From NCBI GenBank assembly GCA_964016885.1, contig OZ024740.1:165044001-165108000 (forward strand): 64,000 bases of DNA. Direction: 5' to 3'. The position numbers and the translations under genes are program-made. Below, piece by piece: positions 26,557 through 39,108 of this stretch (position 1 is the first letter of the stretch; every line of letters starts with the position of its first letter). Under the pieces are notes generated by a model, which saw only the letters and a program-made list of their open reading frames with translations, did no database searches and was not told the DNA's origin. The stretch comes from Eledone cirrhosa (taxonomy: Eukaryota).

Positions 26557-26747
26557 CGAGGGCAATCCCAAAAGTAAGGTCTCCTTCCGAGGAAAACATG
26601 CGTAAAGATCGGTGGATCACTCTGGATGCTCCCTGCATTTTGGTTCCTGAGGTTTCCCGAAGCACCATCCACAGCATTTTAACGGAAAAGTTGCAATATC
26701 AGAAATTACAATATCGGAGGGAGACCTTACTTTTGGGATTGCCCTCG
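26557..26747 (+). mobile_element. Mariner-derived mini-element
   Basis: TA|CGAGGGCAATCCCAAAAGTAAGGTCTCC ... GGAGACCTTACTTTTGGGATTGCCCTCG|TA. Interior encodes RKDRWITL...EVSRSTIHSILTEKLQYQK (mariner second HTH). Confidence 0.88.
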
Positions 26748-29218
26748 TATATTTATTCTCATAATTTCTAACCATTGTTTTTCTGCTTCCAGTCAGAGAA
26801 TATGTACATTTTGATGAAAAATAAATCTTCTACTGGAAGTGTCTTCTCGAATATTTTATTTACTGCTTTTTAAAGAAGATCGGTGACCACTTAGAGTTAT
26901 TATTGTTTGGTGTCTGGGCAATCACGTGTGAGTAGATGCTTCGTTAAAGGTTCAAAGGTTTATTAAGACACGCACGTTCCTTGCTTTTGAATATTTGTAA
27001 TTATTCTTTACTTTTAAACATGGTAATGTCTGCTTCGAGCGAGACTTGGTTGCAATTAGTAACACGTGGGATGACCTCGTAGGTGATTCCTCGTTGGTTC
27101 GTGATAAATATAGAATGGATGGGTAGTAGTGATAAATGTTGTGTTAGTTTTAGTGAGGGTGCTAATGTAGTTGGTGATAACATTTGTGCTCATGGCGATG
27201 GTGGGTGTAAAGAGAAGTCTGGATCTGTAATGGTTGTGGTGTCACTCATACTGATAATCGTGATATTAGAGGTGGTGGAGGTTGTGATAGTGGTATCATG
27301 GTGGGGTGATGGCGGAGTTGATGCTTGCTAGCTGCATTTCGGAGTCCGTGCTGATTAGAGTTATGGTGCTGGAAATGATTATGATGATGGTGGTGGTAGT
27401 GGTTTGACAGTGTTGGTGGTAGGAGGTAATGTTGGGAGGAATGACAGAATGATGCTGGGAATGGAGATACTAACAGTGATGGTAACTATATTGTTTATGG
27501 TGACGGTGATTGTTATGATGGAAGTGATAGGGAAGTAGAGGAAGGGGCGATAGTAGGGATGATTGTGAGCTCTTTGGCAGGGACTTTGATGCTGGTTGTG
27601 GTGGTGATAAGCATGACTGTGGTGGTGGTCAGGATAGTGATGTTTTCTTGTTTAGATATGTGTGGTGCTTATGCAACTATTAGCTGTCTGCTTTCTCTAA
27701 AAAACAACAAGTAACAGTCCCAATATGTGAAAGTTGTAAAGACACTCACAAAGACCATTACCGCTAACCCCACTAGCACCACCACTACCATTCAACGTTT
27801 GAATACTTTTTAATATTTTCAAAACTGTTACAATCCTGCTAATAAACGCTCCAGACAATGTTTTATTCATTTATTCAATGTTGTACAATAAGGTGTCGTG
27901 GAAATATGTTATAGGTTATTGTAAGTGGAAGTATTACCTCGGGTTTTAAAGATACACAAAAAAAATTGGAATGATATAAAATAAAGACGTTTTCAGCAAA
28001 TTACATGAATTTGGAAGGAGAATATATTGATATTACTGTGGAAAATAATACTGCTGGAAGTGGTTGGAGCCATATATTTCTGAAAAAGAACAACAGCAAA
28101 CTTAACAACCATACTTGCTCTATCTGGCTTTCACAAACAAAAGCCAATTGTTGGTAAATGCATGTTAATGAGACAAGCTGCCAGCTCTTCCTTGCTTTGG
28201 GAGTTGGATGAAACCACCACATGCTGTTTTCCTTTTTGTATATATTTAACTGCAGGTCACATCCCTTCCGTGCATTTGTTTAATGTGACACTCAAAATGA
28301 TCTCCAGTAATCTTTCTCTTCTATTAATACATTTATAGATAATAGTATTCTCTTTATTTTCTTTGGGTCACCTCATAAAACCGAGTCGTAAATCAATATC
28401 CACGTTTATGGTAAAAAGATTTCTCCTTTTTTTTCTGTGTTTATTACATATTTACTCTCTCCCTCACTCTCCTTATCTCTCTTTCTCCCCCCCCCCCCCA
28501 CCACATTCTCTCTCTGTATCGTTGATTGAATTTTGCATCAACTGTTATTATAGATTCATCTACGTCCACTTTAGTCAACAGTCTATAAAACTTTGAGGAA
28601 ACAAATTTCTTTCCACAAAAACACAATCTTCAAATGCAGCAAACACAACAAATGCCAAACTGAAAAGGCATACATTGTATTAAACAATAAAAATCGATAG
28701 AGGACAACACAACCAAAAATACAGATGAAAAGAAATTCGAGGAGCAAGACTTAGAAAAATGAAACCCTAAAGACGAAATTGAAAGCCACAGTAGGATAAA
28801 GCTGGAAATAATCCAAGAACTCCAAACAATAGAAAATCTCTCAAAATGTTAAAATAAAATAGCACTAATTATAAGAATATTGAGAAGCAACAGCAAAGCA
28901 GAAGTGGTACTCAAAAGAGTATACCGCGTCTGCTTTGCTGTTGCTTCTTATATATATAACTGTCACAGTTATATATTTAATCATCTCCATACGTCAGATA
29001 TTTTCTCCTGTCTGTGTCAGCCTCTGTCAACCCTATTCTATATAGCCACATCAACTTGTTCATAATGCCACCCTGGCTACACAAATCTATACAGACACAT
29101 AAAACAATATTTTATATGCTTGTAATTGGCAATATATCAATTGCTATGGTGTGAACCTCATCTATGGTATAGAGTTACCTCTTGTATGTAGTACTCTTGA
29201 AACTTAAAACAATATCTA

Positions 29219-29307
29219 AATTCCTGATGATATGTAGAGCAAGGGTCAGATACCTCGTATATATCGTGGTATGGCCCGCCAGTCGACATTGAAACATATA
29301 TAGGATT
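29219..29307 (+). ncRNA. Type I hammerhead ribozyme with long stem II insertion
   Basis: aattc-CTGATGA-t atgt...acat t-GAAA-catata-TA-ggatt. Confidence 0.6.
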
Positions 29308-29399
29308 AAAATTATGTTTTAGGATAACCTGGTTATTTTCTTTCTATTTATAAATGTTGAGTTTTAAAGCCCGTAGCCCAACAATCTACAACAACATCT

Positions 29400-30480
29400 C
29401 TAATAGCTGCGACACTCCTGGAATCAAGTCAGATGGTGGGCTGGTTAGCTACTGGTGGTAGCTTATGGCAAGATGTTTCATTGTAATAAACTAGCCATGG
29501 ATAGTAGGTGTTTCTATGCAGATAAGAAGTTAGTATAAAGAAATAGGTAAAGGATAGCAAGGAAAGAGAAGAGATTGATGTGGGGATAAAACTAATGGTT
29601 GAAAGAGGTGGGGGTTAGGCTAACTACACGCAAACGTACATAGAAATTAGAGGGTAAATAGATAAAAAGATGTGTTGAAAATTAAAAAGAAATTAAAATG
29701 AATAAATATATAAATAATTAAATGAAAGTAAAGGATTACTTATATAAAATATGTATATTATATATACATAGAGACATGGACTGGTAAAGAGTACATTATA
29801 CAGACAGATCACATGTATTTATGTCTCGTACACACATCAGATACAATCGTAGACACATATACACAAGCACATACACACACTCACATATACTCGTATATAT
29901 ATGTGTGTATGTAGACATAAACGCACATACGTTCATACACAAGCATAAATACATACATGCACACAAATATATATATATACACATATATACGCATATACAT
30001 AGTTTATTATAAGGGAGTATTCTCTTTTATTTATTTATTTATTCATATATTTAAAAAAAAATCAATTTAGTTTTATTTATTTATTTTGCTAGTTTTATTT
30101 TTCTATTTAAAACAATATTTTTATTCATTTCTTCTACTTTCTGTGTATATAGCCTTACCTCCACTTCTATCTTTTTATCTATTTCCTCTCCGCCCTTTCT
30201 ATCATTTACCCATTTCTAACACCCTACCCACATTATTCCTTTATCCTAAATTCTAGTCGGTATAGACACACCTACCATTCTCAGTTTCCTTCTCCCATCC
30301 TTTCCCTTAACCCAATGCAAGATTTCCTTGCCAGTTTATCACAATGACAAATCTGACCATAACCTACCACCAGTGGCAGACCAACTCAGCAAGTGACCCA
30401 AATCCACACATCCCTAATAAATTCGAGAAATTCTTCATACCCTAGTAGACTCGAATACAAGCAGGAACCTTTTGGCATTG
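29400..30480. repeat. Old diverged inverted-repeat pair
   Basis: ctggtggtagcttatggcaagatgtttcattgtaataaactagc (~29450) is the diverged reverse complement of gccagtttatcacaatgacaaatctgaccataacctaccaccag (~30330). Confidence 0.6.
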
Positions 30481-30505
30481 TGGGCTGCTATTTAACTTCT
30501 TCTTC

Positions 30506-30657
<152 letters not shown>

Positions 30658-30708
30658 GAATAAGTAAAAGCGAAGTAGTTTCAGATGTTCAAGTCCTTTA
30701 ATAATAAT

Positions 30709-30782
30709 GCTGTGATATATATTTCAGTGACGACACTGGCCACACTGTTCTGTGTGCGAGTGTCGTGACATCATCAGACAGC
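30709..30782 (-). ncRNA. Type I hammerhead ribozyme (family F, copy 1)
   Basis: Reverse complement of the 33466-33539 motif. Confidence 0.85.
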
Positions 30783-31983
30783 TTGTTACATAATAAGGTT
30801 GTTTCCGAGGCAATCCAAATTGAATCGACATGCGAACGGATGAAGTTCGTGCTTTTGGGTTTTTCATTCGTTCCCTTGTGAGTACCAATTCACCCCCACC
30901 GGTCTGCACAAGCGCATGTCCGAAGGACGTTGACCTTAGCACCGCAGATTTCAACGAAATTCGCTGTCAGTGGCCCGCCTATGCCTTGCCAAAGTTTACT
31001 GCTACCCATCGCTACTGTGGCAGTCAGCCGAAAGCCAGAGGGGATGGGAGGGTGTTAGTTTTTATAGGTCATAATACTACCTTTCACTAAGCGTTGACAG
31101 TAAGACTGACCATCAACTCATAAGGGAAAATAAACTTAATTCTAGGTACTATGGTTTTACATAGTAAGTTAAGAGTGAGAGTTGGGAATAAAAATAAAAA
31201 TTAAAAGTTAAAATCCTAAATCAAATATCAGAGATTATAAATTAAACAATAAAGAATTCAAAAATTCTGAATTCAAAAATTGTTTTCAAGTGATAATTCG
31301 GATTAAGTAAAGATATAGATTGAAGTGAGTAAATAATATGGAGAGAGATGTTTAAGTAATATGTTCTGGGAGGGATTCTAGTGTTACAGATATTGAACGG
31401 CAGTGCCGTACATTATAACGGAGGGCAAAACACATGGTTCAAGGCATTAGTCAATCCGTTACACGGTCATACTTTCCATCACACGGAACAGAGTCAAAGA
31501 AAAACAGACATAAGGTACACAAAAGAAAAGAAAAGAACGGAGACAATAGTGAATAAATGCAAAAACACAGAGTACATATATGTAAAATGATCCATATGAT
31601 TGTCCATCTGTCCGTGTATAGATTGAATCGAGGGGCCCTCTGTTCAAAAGCGATTTGGTGCAGGAAAATAGGGGTTTATCTTATTTTTTGTTTCCGCGTA
31701 TTTATCCTGCCGAAATATACTATTACGCCCGTCCAGTGTCAGGGGTTTTTCATCCCCAATGGTAGAGGGGATTTCCGGGGTAGCTCTTGGTTGGTTCCTC
31801 TCTCCTCCACCATATCGGTTATATCATAGAGCGCTCAACTAATCGGAGCTTAATTATTAGGGTAAACTTTGATGCAATTCAATTCAAGCACTCAACGTAC
31901 TTTTTCCACATAGGAGTGACGGAGTAAATATCGAATAAGTAAAATCGAAGTAGTTTCAGATGTTCAAGTCCTTTAATAATAAT

Positions 31984-32057
31984 GCTGTGATATATATTTC
32001 AATGACGACACTGGCCACACTGTTCTGTGTGAGAGTGTCGTGACATCATCAGACAGC
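31984..32057 (-). ncRNA. Type I hammerhead ribozyme (family F, copy 2)
   Basis: Same motif, exactly 1275 bp from copy 1. Confidence 0.85.
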
Positions 32058-33465
32058 TTGTTACATAATAAGGTTGTTTCCGAGGCAATCCAAATTGAAT
32101 CGACATGGCAACGGATGAAGTTCGTGCCTTTGGGTTTTTCATCCGTTCCCTTGTGAGTACCAATTCACCCCCACCAGTCTGCGCAAGCGCATGTCCGAAG
32201 GGAGTTGACCATTAGCACCGGCGATTTCAACGAAATTCGCTGTCAGTGGCCCACCTATGCCTTGCCAAAGTTTACTGCTACCCATCGCTACTGTGGCAGT
32301 CAGCTTTTACTTATTCGAGATTTACTCCGTCACTCCTATGTGGAAAAAGTACGTTGAGTGCTTGAATTGAATTGCATCAACGTTTACCCTAATAATTAAG
32401 CTCCGATTAGTTGAGCGCTCTAAGATGTAACCGATATGGTGGAGAAGAGAGGAACCAACCAAGAGCTACCCCGGAAATCCCCTCTACCATGGGGATGAAA
32501 AACCCCTGACACTGGACGGGCGTAACAGTATCTTTCGGCAGGATAAATACGCGGAAAAAAAAAATAAGATAAACCCCTATTTTCCTGCACCAAATCGCTT
32601 TTGAACAGAGGCCCCCTCAATTCAATCTATACACGGACAGATGGACAATCATATGGATCATTTTACATATATGTACTCTGTGATTTTGCATTTATTCACT
32701 ATTGTCTCTGTTCTTTTCTTTTCTTTTGTGTACCTTATGTCTGTTTTTCTTTGACTCTGTTCCATGTAATGGAAAGTATGACCGTGTAACGGATTGACTA
32801 ATGCCTTGAACCATGTGGTTTGCCCTCCGTTATAATGTACGGCACTGCCGTTCAATATCTGTAACACTAGAATCCCTCCCAGAACATATTACTTAAACAC
32901 CTCTCTCCATATTATTTACTCACTTCAATCTATATCTTTACTTAATCCGAATTATCACTTGAAAAACATTTTTGAATTTAGAATTTTTGAATTCTTTATT
33001 GTTTAATTTATAATCGCTGATATTTGATTTAGGATTTTAACTTTTAATTTTTATTTTTATACCCAACTCTCACTCTTAACTTACTATGTAAAACCATAGT
33101 ACCTAGAATTAAGTTTATTTTCCTTTATGAGTTGATGGTCAGTCTTACTGTCAACGCTTAGTGAAAGGTAGTATTATGACCTATAAAAACTAACACCCTC
33201 CCACCCCCTCTGGCTTTCGGCTGACTGCCACAGTAGCGATGGGTAGCAGTAAACTTTGGCAAGGCATAGGTGGGCCACTGACAGCGAATTTCGTTGAAAT
33301 CTGCGGTGCTAATGGTCAACTTCCTTCGGACATGCGCTTGCGCAGACCGGTGGGGGTGAATTGGTACTCACAAGGGAACGAATGAAAAACCCAAAAGCAC
33401 GAACTTCATCCGTTCCCATGTCGATTCAATTTGGATTGCCTCGGAAACAACCTTATATGTAACAA

Positions 33466-33539
33466 GCTGTCTGATGATGTCACGACACTCGCACACAGAA
33501 CAGTGTGGCCAGTGTCGTCACTGAAATATATATCACAGC
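33466..33539 (+). ncRNA. Type I hammerhead ribozyme (family F, copy 3)
   Basis: gctgt-CTGATGA-tgtc acgacact...agtgtcgt cact-GAAA-tatata-TC-acagc. Predicted cleavage after 33534. Confidence 0.85.
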
Positions 33540-33661
33540 ATTATTATTAAAGGACTTGAACATCTGAAACTACTTCGCTTTTACTTATTCGATATTTACT
33601 CCGTCACTTCTATGTGGAAAAGTACGTTGAGTGCTTGAATTGAATTGCATTAATATTTACC

Positions 33662-33738
<77 letters not shown>

Positions 33739-33781
33739 CGTTTCTGAATTTCTTATTGGCAACATGACCCTCCCAAAGTAT

Positions 33782-33828
<47 letters not shown>

Positions 33829-33830
<2 letters not shown>

Positions 33831-33930
33831 AAGGGCATAATCGAAGCCCTGGTTGCAGCAAGCTAACGAATGTAGTCGGGATGTGCAGCTAAAGCACCCA
33901 ATAAGGAATTTTACATTAGAGTTATAACAT
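33829..33930. repeat. TA-flanked interspersed repeat segment
   Basis: gcataatcgaagc.ctgg...gctaacgaatg...ttagagttataa is shared with 44619-44711. Confidence 0.65.
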
Positions 33931-34763
33931 TATGTTTAGACAGCTATGCAAATTAAAGACAGCGACCGATAAGCGAGCCGCTAGGACCAGAACAACGAAA
34001 AAAACCTACTCAGGAAAATTTTTGGCATACCAGGACCCTCGTGGAGATATTATATAATATCTCCGCTAGTAAATCCGAAATCAACAAAATCCATTTGCAG
34101 GGGCCTGCAAGGTATTGATTTTGGAAGATAGAACAGTGGAATTTACTTCGTCAATAAGTTTTCGTTCTGCCGCCACCGGTTGTAAGAACTAGCAATAAAC
34201 ACCGCCAGTAGTCACGTGGTTTATCCGACGGGAGGTAACCCCCATTTTGGCAGTCAAATTCAAAATTTGAACAAAGGATTTACATCCTTTACACAAACCG
34301 AATAAAAGCTCTCAATGTATATATACACATGTGTGTGTATATAATGTGTGTATATAATGTGTGTGTATATGTATCTATATGCTTTTACATACACTCTGAT
34401 CATTACCTCCTTATAACATGAGCCCCCATAACAATCAACTACCACACATAACACCCCCACCCAAAATACCGCAACTATTCATCCAGTATCATAAACAGCA
34501 ACACCGCCACACCAACACCACGCACAAAAATCAGCCACACCTACATGCCAAACCGTCTAGCAACAATCAGCACCCCCACACCGCCACCCACTTCAATCTA
34601 CGCCCGTCACCACTAACTTACCACCACACCCTCCCACCCACATACACTTCAGGCAAAAAACATCCCTCTGAATTAACCCACCAATCAAAACAAATTTCAC
34701 TGACCACCATAAGAACATCAGACTTTTTCATACGCCATGCATAATCATTTTTCCATTACCATT

Positions 34764-34857
34764 GTTAGGAGTCTGATGAGCCACGGATTACAGAGTCGGG
34801 CTAGATCGATACAGATCGAACCTTGAGCTGACCAGTGGCGAAACACGCGTCACCAAC
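34764..34857 (+). ncRNA. Type I hammerhead ribozyme with long stem II insertion
   Basis: CTGATGA(34773)-gccac...gtggc-GAAA-cacgcg-TC(34851)-accaac; stem I imperfect. Confidence 0.7.
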
Positions 34858-34925
34858 GAATAAACGTAATGAAGGAGTAACCAATCGTCCTTGTTTTATT
34901 TTATTTTACTATATATATATATATA

Positions 34926-35410
34926 AACTGAAAAAATGAAACGAAATTTCATTTCTCACTCTTAGTACGGCTGTTACTTAAATATAAGTATGTACACGTA
35001 CATACTTATATGTATACAGACGTACAGTGGTATGTATATATATATGTACATACATTCACACATATATATATGTAAGTATGGATTCACCGAACATTTATTA
35101 TAATGCTCGGTGTGTTTGTAAACAAACATCCCGAATTAAGCCGTACAGTGTCTAGCAACCATCGTTGCTCATTTGTTCAACACTGACAAAGGAACGCTGT
35201 ACTAATTCCAAGCTTATTAGCTATCGTCAGCAACGTATAGCTTCCTGCCAGATGATTGAACGTCTGAAAGTATATACTTTCCTTATGCATATTAACGGCT
35301 GAGCAGCCTAATTTGCATATCGCGTGAGTTAATCGGCCGGGCGCACCGAAAACGATAAACGGAAAAAAGGAAACGAAATTTCATTTCTCACTCTTAGTAC
35401 GGCTGTTACT

Positions 35411-35411
<1 letters not shown>
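34926..35411 (-). mobile_element. Family A element, one monomer plus ~50 bp redundancy (432 bp period)
   Basis: gaaacgaaatttcatttctcactcttagtacggctgttactt at 34938 and 35370; (TA)n flanks. Confidence 0.85.
35194..35236 (-). ncRNA. Hammerhead ribozyme, family A copy with GAAA>GGAA
   Basis: acgttg-CTGACGA-tagctaataagctt-GGAA-ttag-TA-cagcgt. Stem I pairing is retained despite substitutions relative to 3962-4004. Confidence 0.65.
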
Positions 35412-35460
<49 letters not shown>

Positions 35461-35463
<3 letters not shown>

Positions 35464-35660
35464 CAAAGGAATTGTGGTAAGGAACCAGATGGACCATAAT
35501 GCACCATAATGCACCAGAGTACTCAATACTTAGTGTAGTCGAGTGGGAAATAGGAAAAAGTATGACCCCGACGGAAGATCCCAAGCCGTTTCGACGGCTA
35601 TTTCAGTCCAGAAATAGCCGTCGAAACGGCTTGAGATCTGCCGTCGGGGTCATACTTTTT

Positions 35661-35664
<4 letters not shown>
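35461..35664. mobile_element. Family E asymmetric palindromic insert in (TA)n
   Basis: Hairpin centred on loop 35605-35610; homologues at 54621, 55066, 58531 and 7283. Confidence 0.8.
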
Positions 35665-35719
<55 letters not shown>

Positions 35720-35731
35720 GATATATATATA

Positions 35732-35796
35732 TGACTGATGAACCTGTGGCTGTTAAACTGCACATTTCTGTGGGGAAACGAACTTAATTCGTATCA
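35732..35796 (+). ncRNA. Hammerhead ribozyme with full stem III, 5'-truncated stem I
   Basis: tga-CTGATGA-acc...ggg-GAAA-cgaa cttaa ttcg-TA-tca. Confidence 0.65.
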
Positions 35797-35985
35797 GCAA
35801 ACTTATAGTTATAAGGTTGGTAATTTAAAACTCTACTTCAGAGATGTGATTCTGACTTAGGTTTTTTTCTATTTAATTGCTAAACCTGTAGATATTGTTT
35901 TCTATACAGTAACGGTAAAACTCACTTGTAATAATTCTTTACACACATCTCACTGTGTAACACACTTCTCTTTGTGTAATATATT

Positions 35986-36036
<51 letters not shown>

Positions 36037-36682
36037 GTGTGTGTGAGAGAGAGTTAATGTATGTGTGTGTATGTGGGTTTGTGTTTTAGTTTGTTTAGTC
36101 TGATTTGTGTGTACTTATAGTGACATCTTCAAAATAACATATCAGAAGACAGGAGCAAACTAGTAATACGTATAACGTAGCCTCACCCATACAAACACTT
36201 TGAATTGCAACTTTATCCTCTCAGCAATTAAAAGTGTTATAATTCTTTCCGATAAAATACCCGAGGAGTTATATCATCACATAGAAACTGCCATCCTTAT
36301 CGCAAGATCTTGTCTAATGTGATCAAGTAACTTCCTATATTTATAATCACTCAGGTTAGGAACTAATTTAAGAAGTTTATAATATCGTATCACCTAAAAT
36401 GCCTCCAAAATATATTACATAAATTATTGTGTCATCTGAATATTACAGAATAATTTATTAGATATTCATGTACACAACCAATTGATTTTACGCTATCTTC
36501 TATTCTTTATTTTACTTTTCGACTAATGGTTTTGAATAGCATCATTTAAAAAAGAAAGGAGTTGTCGTCAGATCGGACTTAGGACCTATATTTTCATGCA
36601 TAATATCAGCAATAGAAAGACTAATGTTTCCATTGGTCTTTCTATTTGTCTGTCGCAACTCCTATCCTATCAGAAAGAATAA

Positions 36683-36866
36683 CAGACCTGCCATTTCTCC
36701 CTGTCCGACAGGGAGATCTCCCGCCTATTTGGGGTGGGTGAGAGATATCTTCTGTTGTATAGCTTTCATTATGTAAAATCTCCCTATTTTATCACATTTC
36801 TCCCCGTTTAGGGGCACTTTTTGTCATGGTCCTCTCCGTTTGGGGTTTTTGAGGTTGACAGGTCTG
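36683..36866. mobile_element. MITE, superfamily uncertain
   Basis: TIR cagacctgcca / tgacaggtctg, flanked by the direct repeat gaataa (36677-36682, 36867-36872). Confidence 0.65.
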
Positions 36867-37019
36867 GAATAAAGCGAAATATTGCTAAAGTAAAAAGCGC
36901 AACATTTTCTACTGGAATCACCCACGACTTTATGATTGTCAACAGAAATCAAATATCTCAGGCCGTTGTAAAATAATATTTAAACTCATTAGGCGAATGT
37001 ATGTGTACAGAATATCATG

Positions 37020-37089
<70 letters not shown>

Positions 37090-39108
37090 TTAAATATAAA
37101 ATAGATCTCTTCATCCTTCTAGAGCGTAATTATCTATTCTTCCAAACAGCAAACAGCTGGATGAACTAAGTCACAATATAGTGACTACGAATTATATTTA
37201 GAAAGAAAGCCATTTAATATGTAAGTCTTTCCGCCATTTCGCTTCTAGACCATACATAATTTACGATGTTATATTTTACTACGAACATTAACCGGGCTTG
37301 TCCGGCATTACTAAAAGAAAACACCCACATAGTTTGTATCTACTCCGGAGTGGTGGTTAGTGTCTCGCTCGCCATTAGCTTCATTGTTGTTACAGATGGG
37401 AGGTTGTTAATTCTTTCTTCCCAGCGAGTGACTCGTTCACTACTTACGCTTGATGTTCCAAGCGATGTGACGCTCTTTAGAAAACTTTATCTGGATTTTA
37501 GGCAGCTTTTGGCTGGCACATGAGTGTGTTCATGGAGTCAAGATAGGAGCGTCCACGCCGTGGCCCTGGGAGTATTGATACGATCGACAAGATCCACAAA
37601 ATCAACTAGATCCACAAGATACTGCTAATCCTATCACCACCAAAAGCAACAATTATTTCGACATTGAAATTATGGAAACATAATTTTGTACATTGTACTA
37701 TGGAACGACTATATTACTAGTAGTCATTTTGCCGTCTCTGTTGCTATTGTAATTCTAATAGTGCTGCTGGTGGCAGCTGTAGTGTGGTAGTGGTACTGGT
37801 AGTGATACTGGTTGTAATGCAGTGTTGTAGCGGTGAGGATTGTCATTGTTTGGTCCAAGTCAATTCTGACCGATGAAGCCTGTGATCAAAATCGTAACCC
37901 CGGTGGGTGTACCGGTTTTTGTTATCATTCAATGCATTCTTCCTTTCCTACGACGTTAAGGTGTGATCTGAGAAAGATTTGGCTGTCGTTTCTAACAGTC
38001 CCATTGGCTGCATAGATGATCATTCGTTGGCCTGTGAATGGTGATGGTAGTACATATAGTCTTAGAGATCGTTACCGGAAGGAGAATAAAAAACATTTAC
38101 TATTTCATGTGATCTGCACAGAAAAAAAAAAACATAGAAAAGGTGAAAAAAGAAAATCAAATGAAAGCAAGGTATGATTGAGACACGTGACCACGTGCAA
38201 CAACATTACGATAACTAAACATGGCGTTTAGTTATTCATTTATTGACGCATTTATTTACGACATTGCAAAGGAAGTGGTGGCAGCTGCTGACAGAGCGAA
38301 ATGTTGTGGGAAGCAGTTTATGGCTTGTAATAAATCCAAAGTAACGGGACTAGCAGCTGCTTAGATGTAGCAGTCGAGTAAATCCGGGTACATGGCGGAA
38401 ACGCATAGAGTTCTTGATAATACCATTTTATTTCCATCATCTTCCATCTCATCCTTCTCTTCCTCATACAAACTCACCTCATCCTCCATATCATCGTATC
38501 ATCACTATTATCATTACCGTCATCACAATCTGCAATCCATATCGCACGTATCATCTACTACAGTATTTCGCTCTCATGAGTTCAAATTTTATAGAAAGTA
38601 CATTGCGTTATATTTATTTGTTTATATATTTTACTTTCATGCTTAATTAAGGTAAGATCTGTGGTCCTCACTCCCCAAACCACCATTCTCCCCGACCAAA
38701 TCGCGTGGAAGGCATTACATCTAAAGAAGTCCTCTACAGTAAAATGTCTGGTACAGTAGGTATACTTGGCTGTTCTCTGCGGCAATACTGTCACCATCTT
38801 ATCCATGGGACATAGCTAAGGTATAATATCCAGGCAAGTGTGTAGGGTCCCCCCTCCCATTTCTCCTTTATCTTTTCTCTTTCTGATTGTCATTAAGATA
38901 TATCATGATCAGATAGATCTTGAATTTACGACAATCTCGGAATCATTTGTGTGTCAGATATTATTTCTTCTGACTCAATGCCTGAGTTCTAGTACGGCTG
39001 AGGTGTCTTTAACTTTTATCCTGCCAAGGAAGATAAAACAATGTACCAACCGAGTACTGGGTTCGATATAATCGACTGATCTCTTCCTAAACTTTCTCAT
39101 CTTTAGAG

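Larger units (their letters stand above)
30658..33667. mobile_element. 3 kb tail-out inverted dimer of a 1275 bp HHR-bearing non-coding element (family F)
   Basis: Left arm 30658-32304 (minus sense, period 1275) and right arm 32303-33667 (plus sense); three HHRs; (TA)n on both sides. Confidence 0.88.

Noticed and set aside
27997-28153. Possible host exon (tttcag...gtaaat; NYMNLEGEYIDITVENNTAGSGWSH)
   Set aside because: Weak polypyrimidine tract, no recognisable protein and no partner exons. RNA-seq would be needed.
31381-32867. Duplicated 62-90 aa ORFs inside family F
   Set aside because: Duplicated only because of the inverted repeat. They use non-ATG starts, some are broken by indels between arms, and none has RT or nuclease motifs.
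37500-37605. Mariner-like RP...IDKIH peptide
   Set aside because: Too short and decayed to bound an element.
38582-38806. CTRHF..EDF resembling a THAP motif
   Set aside because: Lacks the N-terminal C-x-C, conserved Trp spacing and the AVPT box.
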